Assembly: GCA_047967505.1 (NCBI GenBank)
Contig: CM106538.1
Strand: one strand, 5' to 3'
Length of the DNA stretch: 64,000 bases
DNA from: Dipteris shenzhenensis
Taxonomy: Eukaryota
How positions within the stretch are numbered: the first letter of the stretch is position 1; each line of letters starts with the position of its first letter. Shown piece by piece: positions 12,101-23,627 of this stretch. The notes under the pieces were generated by a model. That model was not told the DNA's origin and ran no database searches. It worked only from the letters and a program-made list of their open reading frames with translations. Made by a program: the position numbers and the translations under genes.

Positions 12101-13465
12101 TGCACTCAATTCAGGCATGTCCACATCCAACGTAAACATCCTGCCCTTCTTCTTCCCTTTTGCTATCAAGTGACCTTTATTTTTCATATCCTCAATAAAG
12201 CATCCATGAGGATTGCTCAACCATTTGACCAATAAAAATCAGGTTCTTGGTGATATTTGGGACATGAAATACATCAGACACATATTTCTTTTTCCCATCC
12301 TACATAGACAAAGGAACTTTACCAATCTGCACAATAGGATGTGCAGTATCATCACCAATCTCCAAAATCCTGGTCTTTCCATTTTTCTTGCATCCTGCAT
12401 CCATTCCGCATGACCTGTCATGTGGTTTGATGCACCTGAGTCAACATACCACACATCATTGCTTTCTTCTTCACTTTTCACAGAATTGGTCATGTGCTGC
12501 ACCATAAACAAATGCTCATTTCTATCGTCACCCTATCTACTAGAGGATGCATAATTGCCTTGCTGCAATTTTCCATTCATGATGTCATTTTGCTTTTTAT
12601 AGCAGTCTTTAGCCATATGACCCATTTTACCACAGTAGTAGCATTCAACATTGTTGTTTGCATTTTGGCCTCTCTGCCATCCACCACGACCTCTTTGGCT
12701 TCCCTTGCCTCTAAAGTTACCACGTCCTCCTCCATAGGAATGGTTTTCTTGAATTTGCTGCATATTCTGATTTCTGCCTTGGCCTCCAGATCTGGCCTGC
12801 TCTACCTTTGCCTCTACCTCTTCCAGCATTTGAGTAGAAGACATCTTCTTTTGAAGTTCGTCCTGAAGAAGATGCACCACCATTTCTCTGATCTTTAGAA
12901 ATTAGAAGAGCAATCAACTCCTCAAAATTAAGAAATTTTTCACGGACGACAATGGATGTCCAGAATTGTGCATAATTCTTTCCTAGACCATTCAAGGTCA
13001 CAGAAACTAAATCATCATGTTCCACTGGCGACCCAATGGAAGCAAGTGCATCTGCAATCTTCTTCACCTTCATGTGGTAGTCATTGATGCTCCTATTTTC
13101 TCTCTGCACATTATGCAACTCCTGCTTGAGCTGCATTTTCCTGGCTTGCGTATTTGTGCTATACATTTTTGTCAAAGTATCCCACACCTCCTTCGACATG
13201 CTTGCATCCTGAATATGCATAATCATAGAATCTGAAATATTGATAGACAGCCAATACATAACTTTTTTGGCTCTCTCATGCCATCCTTTAAATGCCTGCA
13301 ACTCCTGTTGATTGGGAACATTAGGAATAACTGGTTCTTGTTTAGCTTCAGTAATGAACTCCCAATAGCCTTTTCCCTTAAGGAAATTCATCATTCTAAA
13401 CTCCCATGCTAGGAAGTTATTCTTGTCAAGCTTTTCAGTGACTATCTATGAGCATCAGATGCCAT
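9170..13465 (-). pseudogene. Copia gag-pol (frameshifted, in-frame stops)
   Basis: gag ORF 12717-13394; CYYCGKMGHMAKDC; WYVDSGASNHMT; integrase ORF 11199-12011 (CEACQFGK, RSDGGGEY); RT ORF 9972-10688 (IYVDD); RNase H ORF 9128-9580 (YCDN, RTKHIE, ADIFTK). Confidence 0.95.
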
Positions 13466-14001
13466 TAGAGACCATTGCAAATATATTCTGTCACTGCAAA
13501 AAACACAACTTCTGCCTCACAAGGGCAATTTTGCAAAACTGACAAAAGTGGTATTTGACCACACAATCACTTCCTAGTGATGATTATGCATCAATAGGCA
13601 ATAAGAATGATTCTGTCACTCCCAATATCTCTGTAGACAGGAATACGATGCAATTTCTGCGGTAACTTTTCACCGACTTGCGGAACAGTGATCGCACAGG
13701 ACACCTTTCTGAGTGCCTGCGAAAAACTTCTGGCCCCGAAACGGGCCCCGAAATAGCCTCAAATAAAAAAAATAATGTCACCAAGGGCTTCGCACCATCT
13801 CGTAGCATATATTGCCCTCTCGTCGCACCGCGAAGGGCATCCCAATCTAAGACAGTGCACTCTTGCACTTTTCGGTTGTGCTACCTACAGAGATTTGCTC
13901 CCAAACTCGAGAAAGGAAAGCAACACCGATCCTCTTACCGAGACACTGCAAACTTGGTTTGCTTTCTTGAGCTCCTTACCATGAACCGAGCTCTGATACC
14001 A

Positions 14002-14357
14002 TGTGAAGAGAGTGGGAGAGGTAAGGAGTCTCACTTGCAGCTTTCTCACATACACAATGGGGGAATACACACAAAGGTGGAGGCTGAAAATAGTTGTCCT
14101 CTTGTTAGTTGTGAAAGCCAAAAGAACTGTCTCTTAATACAAAAGGAATAGATGAACCCTATATGTGGGTCTCAAACTAAACTCATCTAACCTAGGTGGC
14201 ATACTAACTGAGCCACTAACTAGAGTACATAAAGATAGCTATCATCCAGCTATTATTCATGGGCAATGTACCAACTGCATTTGCAGCTAACAAGTCGGTG
14301 ACATAAATGTACAACAGTCACCCTGGCATATCACGAGTGGAGCTTGATATCTCAACA
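14002..14357 (-). repeat. Copia copy 1, 5' LTR
   Basis: TG...CA, 356 bp, directly adjacent to the Met PBS. Confidence 0.95.
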
Positions 14358-15671
14358 GAAGATGCATAAGACACCCATGCGGGATGTGAAAATGAGGAGA
14401 ATCACTTTCCTGGTGTGAATCCACCCACATATGTTGATAGACAACAAGTTGTTGATGCACCAAATGTGTAGGAAATGGTTACCACCAGGTTCTCCCACAG
14501 GCACACAATCGCCTAATGGTGGAAATAATGAGCCAAATGAGGCTGATATGCAGGCAGGACAACAAGCTGAAATGCCCTTGAGAAGATCAGCTAGAGTATC
14601 TAGACTACCTTATAGGTTTGTTCCAGGGGTAGACTATGTGATGCTTACTGATTGTGGGGAGCCTTCTTGATGTGCGAGGATCAGCACGAGTGGGAGTATG
14701 CGATGCAATAAGAGATGAGTTCACTCATGAAGAATAAGACTTGGGACTTGGTTTCTTTGCCACAAGGAAAGAAAGCATTGCCATGTAAATGAGTCTACAA
14801 GATGATGGTCACAGGTGATGATGTGCCTAAGTACAAGGCTCGTTTGGTTGCTAAAGGGCTCAAACAAGAGAAGGGTGTGGATTTTAATGAGATCTTCTCT
14901 CCGGTTGTGAAGATGGCCACACTTAGATGTGTACTTGGACTTGTGGCAGTAGAGGATATGGAGCTTATGCAGATGGATGTCAAGGTAGCTTTCTTGCATG
15001 GGGATCTACATTAGGAAATTTACATAGTACAGCTGGAAGGCTTTGAATAAAATGGCAAAGAGCATTTGATTTGCAAGCTAAAAAAGAGTCTCTATGGCCT
15101 TAAGCAAGCACCTAGAGAATGGTATTAGAAGTTTGATGCTTTCAGTCAGTCCTAGGGTTTCAGAAGAAGTGAGATTGATCACTGGATAATAGCCAGGGTC
15201 CAGACTTAAGTCTGACTAATGTCAAAAAGAGGAAAAGGTAGTACAAAACATACAAAGAACTGAGACAATTACTTATAGTTCAAAACATGATGTGGTGGAT
15301 AAGACCACTACTACTGGCTATTAGGAATAGTTATAACTATCCCTATAGTTACAAAATTATCCACTACTCACTAATGTGACTTGCCTTTACTAGGGGTGTA
15401 CTAACCCTCCTTGGGTGAAGTCCATGTGGGTGGAGAGGTCACCCTCAACACCTTGCACTCCCGGTGGTAAAACTTTGTGCAAAAAGTGGAAGACTCGAAC
15501 CCTTACTAGAAATAGTCCATCAGATGGAGCTAGATGGTGTGGGTTGAGTTTAGATCTATTACTGCTACCTTAGCAACAATGGGGTCTGCTTCCTCTGTAT
15601 CTTCCCTGTAGGTGTCATTCAACTCTAGTTCCTCCTTAATTTTTGCCTCTGCCTCTTCACTGTGATAGCTT

Positions 15672-17040
15672 TTTATCACCTCTCGCCACCTGCTTGTCGG
15701 CCCATGCGATGACTCGGAGGTGTCTCTCTTACCTTTCCTCCCCTCCCACCTGCCTACCCTTCTTATATGCCCCCTTTTATACCTCCCTATTCATGTGCTC
15801 CCCCTTTATGCCTCTCCGAACTCTGTAATCCTTATTTCTCATAACATTCCCTTTATTCTTTTATTACTCTCTTAATAGTTTATTATACTTATTCCCCCCT
15901 ATCCATGTAATTGCCTCCTCTATTAAAGCTTTTTTAAAGTTATTTTTTATATCTTTAATGCAATTCCTCATTTCTTTCCTTCACCACATTTATTTCTACC
16001 TATTTCTAAACCCTTAAATTATTTTCACTACTTAGCCTCTCTAATGTGACTTGTCTCCATTCTACCTCTTTTTGACTACATTGTACTAACCCTTAAATAT
16101 TGATTTTTTTCATGATATTTTTTGAATTCTTTTCACCTATATTTTAAGGTTACCTTGACCTAACTCCTCCGACTCTACCCGCCCCTGACTCCTCACTCCT
16201 CCCTGACTGCTCATTGTTTTGCACACCAAACTCTCCGCAACCCTTGCCCGACTTTTCATCACCCTTCTCCACTAAATTTGCTAAAACTGATTGCACGTGC
16301 ATCCCTTTATATGCTTCCCTCCCCCTCTTCATTTCCTACCTAGCTCTGTGCCCATGCCTTATGACTCCTGCATCATTACCTTCCACCCCTGCCACCATAC
16401 TTGTTCACATGTTGCCAAACTGTGCTATGTGCCATCATTGTCTACCTTTGATATCGCTACCTGCAACCTCGACAGCCCATTCGGCCCTTTTGCCTATAAT
16501 CTGCGATAGATTTTGGCCCATTTGACTCCTTTATCACCTCTTGCCACCTACTTGTCGACCCATGCAATGACTTAGAGGTGTCTCTCTTGCCTTTCCTCTA
16601 CCCCCCACCCGCCCTGCCCCTCTATACACCCCCTTTTACATCTCCCTATACACCCCCTCCCCTTTTACACCTCTCCTAACTCTAAAATCCTTATATCTCG
16701 TAACCTTCCTTGTATTCTTTTATTACTCTCTAAATAGTTTATTCTACTTAATCCCCCCTATACACGTAATTCCCTCCTCTCTTAAAACATTTTTAATCTA
16801 TTTTTTATATCCTTAATCTAATTCCTCATTTCTCTCCTTCACAACCTTTATTTCTACCTATTTCTAAATCCTTTATTTATTTTCACTACTTTCTATTTTA
16901 TTTTTATTAGCCTCTCTAATGTGAGTTGTCTCCCTTGTACCTCTTTTCGACTACATTATACTAACCCTTAAGTATTGATTTTTTTCATGAAATTTTAAGA
17001 ATTCTTTTCGTCTATATTATTTAAGCTACCTTGACCTAAC
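15672..17040. repeat. Diverged ~500 bp direct duplication (15672-16164 and 16530-17040)
   Basis: Collinear match from TTTATCACCTCT to TACCTTGACCTAAC. Confidence 0.9.
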
Positions 17041-17872
17041 CTTTTTTCACATATATTTTTCTCCTTTATCTTGTAGATGTCTTTGACATGCTTATGCTTA
17101 TTGTTTTCTTTTAAAAAGACACTTTCTTACTCCTTTCATAAATTTCCTTTCACTCACATATCTAATTCATAACCCCCGTTTTTTTTATTGGACCTCCCCT
17201 TTAAGAGTTCCCTCCATTTTTTATTCCAATTTAATGCATTCCTAACTACCCTATTCCCTCCCCCTACACCTCCATCTTTTAGATTCATAAATTTACTTAG
17301 AGTTGTTATAATTTTGTGGCTAACCTTCTATGTTTTATTGTGCTTTTGATGTGACAAGGGAGGGGTGTGTATGACACCTGTCTATCCAACTAAGGTTTAA
17401 ATTGGTTCTTACCATGCTTCTCTTGTTGGATGGTGGGAGGTATGCAAACTCCCCTCTTCAATAAAAATGATTCTTGATACTACTTATCAAAGCCCAACTT
17501 TTTATGCGATTATGTATTTTGCAAACCTTTGCAAAATGCTACCTCTTGATGACATTTGTACAAACATTAGTAGGTTCTCAATTACATGTCAGAACTTTTC
17601 CAATAAATACAGTAGTTTCTTTCTTTGATCTCATTTATCAAACTCCACATTATGTTCATTTCACTATGATAATAGTGTTGTCAAAGTCTACCACATACAC
17701 ACACACACAAATATTTCTCAATAAATTGTGCTCACACACGGATGATGTCCTCCCCAATTATCAAAATAACCCCCATTATATTTTATTTCTTACCCTTGCT
17801 AATTTTATTAATAATATAATTTTTTATTATTAATGATTATTTCCATTATTATTTTCATTTTATTTTATTCAT

Positions 17873-17875
<3 letters not shown>

Positions 17876-17914
<39 letters not shown>
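17876..17914. repeat. (TA)n microsatellite
   Basis: Read directly from the sequence. Confidence 0.95.
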
Positions 17915-17925
<11 letters not shown>

Positions 17926-19060
17926 ATTTAATGACAGTCTGCATATTTATATATTTATGAATATATTATAAGAAACCCCTTTCTATTTAGTCATATATAT
18001 AAAGCCCCCTCAATAATGACCTTGCTTTTTTAAATTTTACCTATACTTCACTCATTCATATTTTTACTTTTTTCTAAACTACTCCTTACCTCTTGCTTTA
18101 TATATATGTTTATATATATATATATATTCCAATTATCTATTGCCCCCACCCCCCATGTTCTCCCTCTTATTTGAAATTATACCCTTATAGTGTACATGTA
18201 TTGCCTTTACACACACACACACATACACACATAGTTAACTCACAAAAAGCACTCTAAACACTTACACATTACAAGACACACTTAGGCACTTGCAAGATAC
18301 ACCCACACACAAACCCTACCCATTACAACCAACCATCCCCTCACCCTCCACTCTTTCTCCTTGCATAATGGACATTGCCTCCTTACGTGCCATGATTTCC
18401 CATGCGCAACTAGCTCTCCTTATCCTCTCCATTTATATCTCCTTTGCATCGCCATTTCACTCAAGGTCTTCATAGCCACCTTTTGCAAGTTTTCCTTCAT
18501 TCAAACCTCTATTGTGTCCACTAGTAGCTCGGCTATCAACCCATTAGCTTCCCATGGATTTTCTTCTCTAGGCTGTAGCCTTCTCTCCTCTATAAGTCTA
18601 CTACTTACTCCATGATCAAGGTTGTCATGGGAACTTGTAAGGTCTCCTTCTTCCTTAGCATTCAACTGCCAGCACTATGGTTCTCATTGCAAGAAGCTTA
18701 GCTGTCCACTAGCAGCTCATAGTTGCTATCTTTTCTCTACATTGAGGTAGTGTGTTTGCAGTAGCTACTACTATCCGATGGAGAATTCCGTCTTAATAGT
18801 AGTTGCTACTATCTGATGGAGAATTTTGTCTTTATGACTCCTCTTTACTTTTAGCATCGCTTCTGTCTCTTTCTGCTCACTAAATCCTGTGAGCCTAATG
18901 GTGTCCCCCTTACCATCTTTACGATTTAACAGGCACGAAACTCAAAGTTAAAGATGCTTTAACATGTGTCTTTGATCCAGTTCATGGCTTTACGTAGTTC
19001 CATTGCACTTTTATGTCTCCCTTACCTCTGATGGGCACCATCCGGGTAGGCAAGGCCCTA

Positions 19061-19405
19061 AGGGGGGTTTGGGGGGGGTGGTTGAAGAGGGGGGGGAAGG
19101 GAGGGGAGGTTGAGAGGACAGGGGGAGGGGGGGGGGTGGGAGGGGAGGGAAGGGGGGGGGGGGGGGTTGTAGAGGGGGGAGGTGGGGGAGAGGGGGGGGG
19201 GGGGGGGGGGGATGGAGGTGGGGGTGAAGGGGGAGGGGGGGGAGAGCGGGTGGTGGTGGTGGAGGGGTGTGGGTGGGGGAGAGTGGTGGTTGGGGGGGGG
19301 GGGAGGGGGAGAGGGGGGAGGAGGGGGGTTGAGGCCAGGGTGGAGGGGGTTGAGGCCAGGGTGGAGGGGTGGAGGACGAGAGGGGGGTGGAGATGGAGGG
19401 GGGTG
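19061..19405 (+). repeat. Extreme G-rich low-complexity tract
   Basis: Many G runs, up to roughly 20 consecutive G. Confidence 0.9.
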
Positions 19406-19870
19406 GAAACTTGATAGAAATTCAAAGGGAGGAGGAGATGATCACCTCCAACGCTCTCCCAAGTCTTTCTTGATGCAACATGATTGTTGAGGGCGAATGG
19501 ATGGTGGGTGGATGGCTAGGTTATCACTGTGAGAATGGCTCAAAATAACTCACCAATCAGGATGAGAGTAGGGTGGTGGTTGATGGAGAGGGAGGAGGGT
19601 CTTGCATAGGGCTCGGAATGGGGAAGAGGATGGAGGCTAGATGTAGAATGAGGGGGTGGAGTGGGTTTTAATAGGAATGGGTTTAGGGCTGGGGTAATAA
19701 ACCCTAAACTCTTCTCGAGCCGTAACTTTTCATGGTTAGCTCGGATCCCTCTTCTGTAAAAACGTGAAATGTTCGAAATTGCGAGCTCTATACAATGATG
19801 CCTTAATATTAGATAGCATGATTTGTTCTTCAATTGGTTTCTTTTTAAGAAATAAAGAAAATTTCTTAAG

Positions 19871-21105
19871 GTATGATAAATCTTAAAGGATGAGGATAGC
19901 CAAAATCCTCTCTAGAAAACATCCAATCATACTTGCAAAATCAAGATCTAGAGAGAGAAAGTAAAGCCTACACTTTTGGAGATCCCTCCACTTTGTGTAG
20001 AGACCCAAAAGGTCCCCCCACTTTGTGTAGAGGCCCAAAAGGTCCCCCCCAAAAGTGGAGAGACCAACATGTATAAATATCTCTCAAATGGAATGAAGCT
20101 CCCACTCTTTGGGATTCGGTGTTCAAGCTCTCTATTATGTTCATGCAATTGATTTCCATTGCGTCCATGCTCTTTTACACTATCGTGTTCTAGCATGCCC
20201 TTACCCTTGCACTCTCTACCCTTGAACTCCCTTCTCCTCCTCCTTCCTCTCTCCCTTGAATCTCCTCCATCTCCTCCTCCTCCTTCCTCCCTCCCTTGAA
20301 CTCCCTCCTCCCTCCTCCTCCTCCTTCCTCCCTCCCTTGAACTCCCTCCTCCTCCTCTTTCCTCCCTCCCTTGAACTCCCTCCTCCTCATTCCTCCCTCC
20401 CTTGAGCTCCCTCCCTTGAACTCCCTCCTCCTCCTCCCTCCTCCTCCTCCTTCCTCCCTCCCTTGAACTCCCTCCTCCTCCTCTTTTCTCCCTCCCTTGA
20501 ACTCCCTCCTCCTCCTTCCTCCCTCCCTTAAACTCCCTCCTCCTCCTCCTCCCATCTCCTCCTTCCTCCCTCCCTTCAACTCCCTCCTCGTCCTCCTCCT
20601 CCTTCCTCCCTCCCTTGAACTCCCTCCTCCTCCTCCATCTCCTCCTTGTCGTCCTCCTCCTCCTCCCTTATCCTCCTCCTCCCTCCTCCTCCTTCCTCCC
20701 TCTTCCTTCCTCCCTTCTCCACAACCCCTACCCCTCAAATCTGTGAAGGAGACTAGCTCTTCACTCCTCAACCTTGGACTCCTCCTAAACCCTACAACCC
20801 CCTCTAAACCCTAGAACTCCTAGTTAACTCTCTCAACCCTGTCCCCATTTCTAACCCTGAAATCCCCTTCTAAACCCTTGAACTCCTGTGGAGGCGAGAG
20901 CCTCCATCAATCATTATAATCTAGCCCTCTTTCTCATTCACATACTCATGAGATCTGCTTTCCATGCTTCAGCCTATACCTCTCAACGGAACACGACCCG
21001 AGGACCTATGCTACACTTGTGAACACCTATGCTACAATGAGCAATGACACGACTGTAGGTGACCAACACCCACGGAACCTGCAAAGGGGGAAAACAGAGA
21101 GAACA
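19871..21105 (+). repeat. Athila-like 5' LTR (first ~114 bp missing)
   Basis: Aligns to 39766-40888 and ends ...GAGAACA just before the PBS. Confidence 0.92.
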
Positions 21106-21399
21106 TTTGGTGGCATTGTCGGGGACGTTAGCGCCTGAAGTGGAAGTGGAGCACGTGCTTGCATGTGTGAAAAAACAACCCCCTATGAGAAACCATACTA
21201 GATACATCCCTCAAGGCAAAGGAATGAAAAAATGCTTCCAAATAATGCAAAAGGATAATGTTGACTTACAAAATCACATTAATACACTAAACACCCAAAA
21301 TTAACCCTTATTCCCCCCACATCCTATAAAAGCAACATCAACCCCCCTCATTTCTTTCCCCACCCTTTTGCTAGCCACTTCCTTCTCCAAATTCTGTTA

Positions 21400-22374
21400 A
21401 GCTGCCATAATTTCCATCTTTCTCTATTTTCTGTCCACCACCACCACCACCACTTTTTCCGTCAACCCCCCCTCCATCACCACTTTTTCCGTCACCCCCC
21501 CTTCCATCTCCATCTCCACCTCCCATCATCTTCCTCCCCACCACCTCCACTTTTTCCATCCATCCCCCATCTCCCCCACTCAAGGTAGCCAGCCTTGTTT
21601 CCTCCACCATCTCTCTACCTCTCTCTACACCCCATCTCCCCTTTTTCCCCTCCCCCTCCATCTCCCATCTCCTCCACCCCCCCCCAACCTACACCATCTC
21701 TCTACATCTCTCCATCCCCCACTCCCTTCACTCCATTATCTCTCTACCTCTATCTACATCCCATCTCCCCATCCATCTCCCATCTCCTCCTCCACCCCCC
21801 ATCTCCAACTCCCTCCACTCCACCATCTCTCTACCTCTCTCTATCCCCCACTCTCTACACTCCATTCTCTCTACCTCTCTCTATCCCCCTCCACCCCCAC
21901 CTCCTTCCCCCCTTCTTCCCTCTTTCCCCCCCATCTCCATCTCCACCTCCACCCCTCCTTTTTTACCCCCTCCACCCCCCCCTTCTTCGCTCTTTCCCCC
22001 CCATCTCCATCTCCACCTCCACCCTCCTTCCCTCTTTCCCCCCATCTCCATCTCCACCTCCACTCCCTCCATCTCCACCTCCAACCCCTATTCCCTTTCC
22101 CTCCACCTCCACCCCCCCCTTTTTTTCATCTTTACCCCCCATCCCCATCTCCACCTCCACCCCCTTCCACCCCCACCTCCTTCCCCCCTCCTTCCCTCTT
22201 CCCTCCCATCCCCATCTCCACCTCCACCCCCCCATTCCCTTTCCCTCCACCTCCACCCCCACCTCCTTCCCCCCTTCTTCCCTCTTTCCCCCCCTTTTCC
22301 CCCTTCACCCCCCCTTCACCCTCTCCACCCCTCCCTCCATCCCCCTCACCCCCCTCTTTTTTTCCTCCACCCCC

Positions 22375-22444
<70 letters not shown>

Positions 22445-22475
22445 CCCCCCCTCTTCCTCAACCGAACCCCCCTTC
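21400..22475 (+). repeat. C/T-rich low-complexity leader with (CT)n at ~22384-22441
   Basis: Repeated CCATCTCCACC-type units, almost no G on the plus strand. Confidence 0.9.
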
Positions 22476-23627
22476 TCCCTATCTAATAAGGCCTAAGGTC
22501 TTAAGGTTGCCCACAGCAACCGCGATGGCGCCCACATAGAGGCGGCTGTGCTTGCACAGCGGCGGTGCCCACATTAGCAGCACTAGCGCTCACATAACGA
22601 CGACGCCCGCACAAAGGTGGCGACGCCTGCACCAGTCGTGGTGCTTGCACAAAGGCGACGATGACAATGGTGAAGCCCACCTGTGTCGATGGCGGTGGTG
22701 CCTGCCCACATGCCACATGGCGGCGGTGACACACCCGCCAAGCCTTCGCCTTAAGAGGCTAAGGCTTTAGGCCTCTCTCCCCCTCCCCCCTTCAAAAAAA
22801 GAAAAAAAAGGACCCACCGAAGCCACCACCCGATCCCCCAGAAATTAACTTTAGTTAGTTAGACTAACTATAGTCAAATTAACTGGTATAGTTACATAAA
22901 TTAGGTTAGGCTCAGGACCAGTTATAGTAGCTGAGTCCAAACTAACTAGCAGTTAGTGTACAACCCTAGTAAGGACAAAGGTCTAAGACCATTCAGACTT
23001 GGCCCAAAGACAAAAGGGTCCCTAAAATCCCCTAACTTTGAAGGTCCATATCTTGCCCGTTTGGAACCCAAATTGGACCCAGATTGAACCACAATTTCAC
23101 ACACAAAAACACCATGCTATGGGGTATTTTTCCAGCCAATTTCACACCATTTAGGCATCCATAATACACGTTAATTTGCACCCCCGTGTGGGTGGCTTTT
23201 TCACACTAATTCGCTCATAAAATTCCGTCGAGACCTTCGATTGACAATCTGTCTGCACCGACACATTTTTCCACTCATGTGGAACAATCCTAGGCACGTG
23301 TTTAACATGACGGTCCCTATGACACTAATGCATCTCTAACCCACTAATAATTTTGACTCCTTTTTTTGGGAACCCATATCATTGCCGTTTAAAGAACAAA
23401 TTGCATCGGGATTGAACCCAGATTTCATGCATGTAAAGATCTATTGTAAATAAAGTGTTTCAATGTGTTCAACCATCAATTTTGGGCTCCAATAGTCACC
23501 TCACATAGGCACTGATTTCGACCCTGCTTGCTTATTTTTTACCATTTTCGGGTCCACGAAGGTCAAAATCATTATCAGACTTTGCAGTCATATGCACCCA
23601 CTTGAAAATCACAAATAAGACTTGTTT

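Larger units (their letters stand above)
8805..14357 (-). mobile_element. Structurally complete Ty1/Copia LTR retrotransposon (copy 1), coding region disrupted
   Basis: LTRs at 8805-9161 and 14002-14357. TSD GAAGA at 8800-8804 and 14358-14362. Met PBS at 13988-14001. PPT GAGGGGGAG. Domain order gag-PR-INT-RT-RH. Confidence 0.96.
5501..15182 (+). mobile_element. Ty1/Copia (Tnt1-like) gag-pol pseudogene, host of two nested insertions, 3' truncated. Coding pieces are 5501-7140, 8554-8804 and 14363-15182
   Basis: gag DGINFSLWKE; knuckle HCGKKGHMKKDC; protease WILDSGASFH; integrase CEHCLYGK, LVHSDVCGP, TDNGGE, IFGCEAY...LDPKSRKCIFLGY; RT KYKARLVAKG, QMDVKVAFLHG, LKKSLYGLKQAPR. The reading frame rejoins across both insertions (SPS|KSL and EKK|MHK). 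It stops before the YVDD motif. Confidence 0.92.
15183..19870 (-). mobile_element. Probable degenerate or non-autonomous LTR element (LARD-like), 5' LTR missing
   Basis: A TG...CA block at 15183-15450 starts exactly where the host Copia RT stops. A degenerate knuckle-like HGKSWHVRRQCP lies at ~18370-18410 on minus. The region 18950-19700 on minus resembles the Athila leader at 21300-22545. Confidence 0.4.

Noticed and set aside
13584-14151. ORFs over the Copia leader and LTR (also 38167-38795)
   Set aside because: They are not conserved as ORFs between the two copies and they overlap non-coding cis elements.
18982-19490. Extensin-like proline-rich and glycine-rich ORFs
   Set aside because: They arise from the G/C homopolymer tract, which is open in several frames on both strands, and there is no signal peptide.
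19984-20055. CRISPR-like 30 bp periodic repeat (53361-53600 and 54358-54563 were also considered)
   Set aside because: Units are adjacent with no unique spacers, there are no cas genes, and the context is eukaryotic TE DNA.
20190-22539. Long Pro/Ser- or Gly/Arg/Glu-rich ORFs, including the 314 aa ORF at 21595-22539 and equivalents at 40135-40606
   Set aside because: Low-complexity LTR and leader sequence that lacks stop codons because of its composition.
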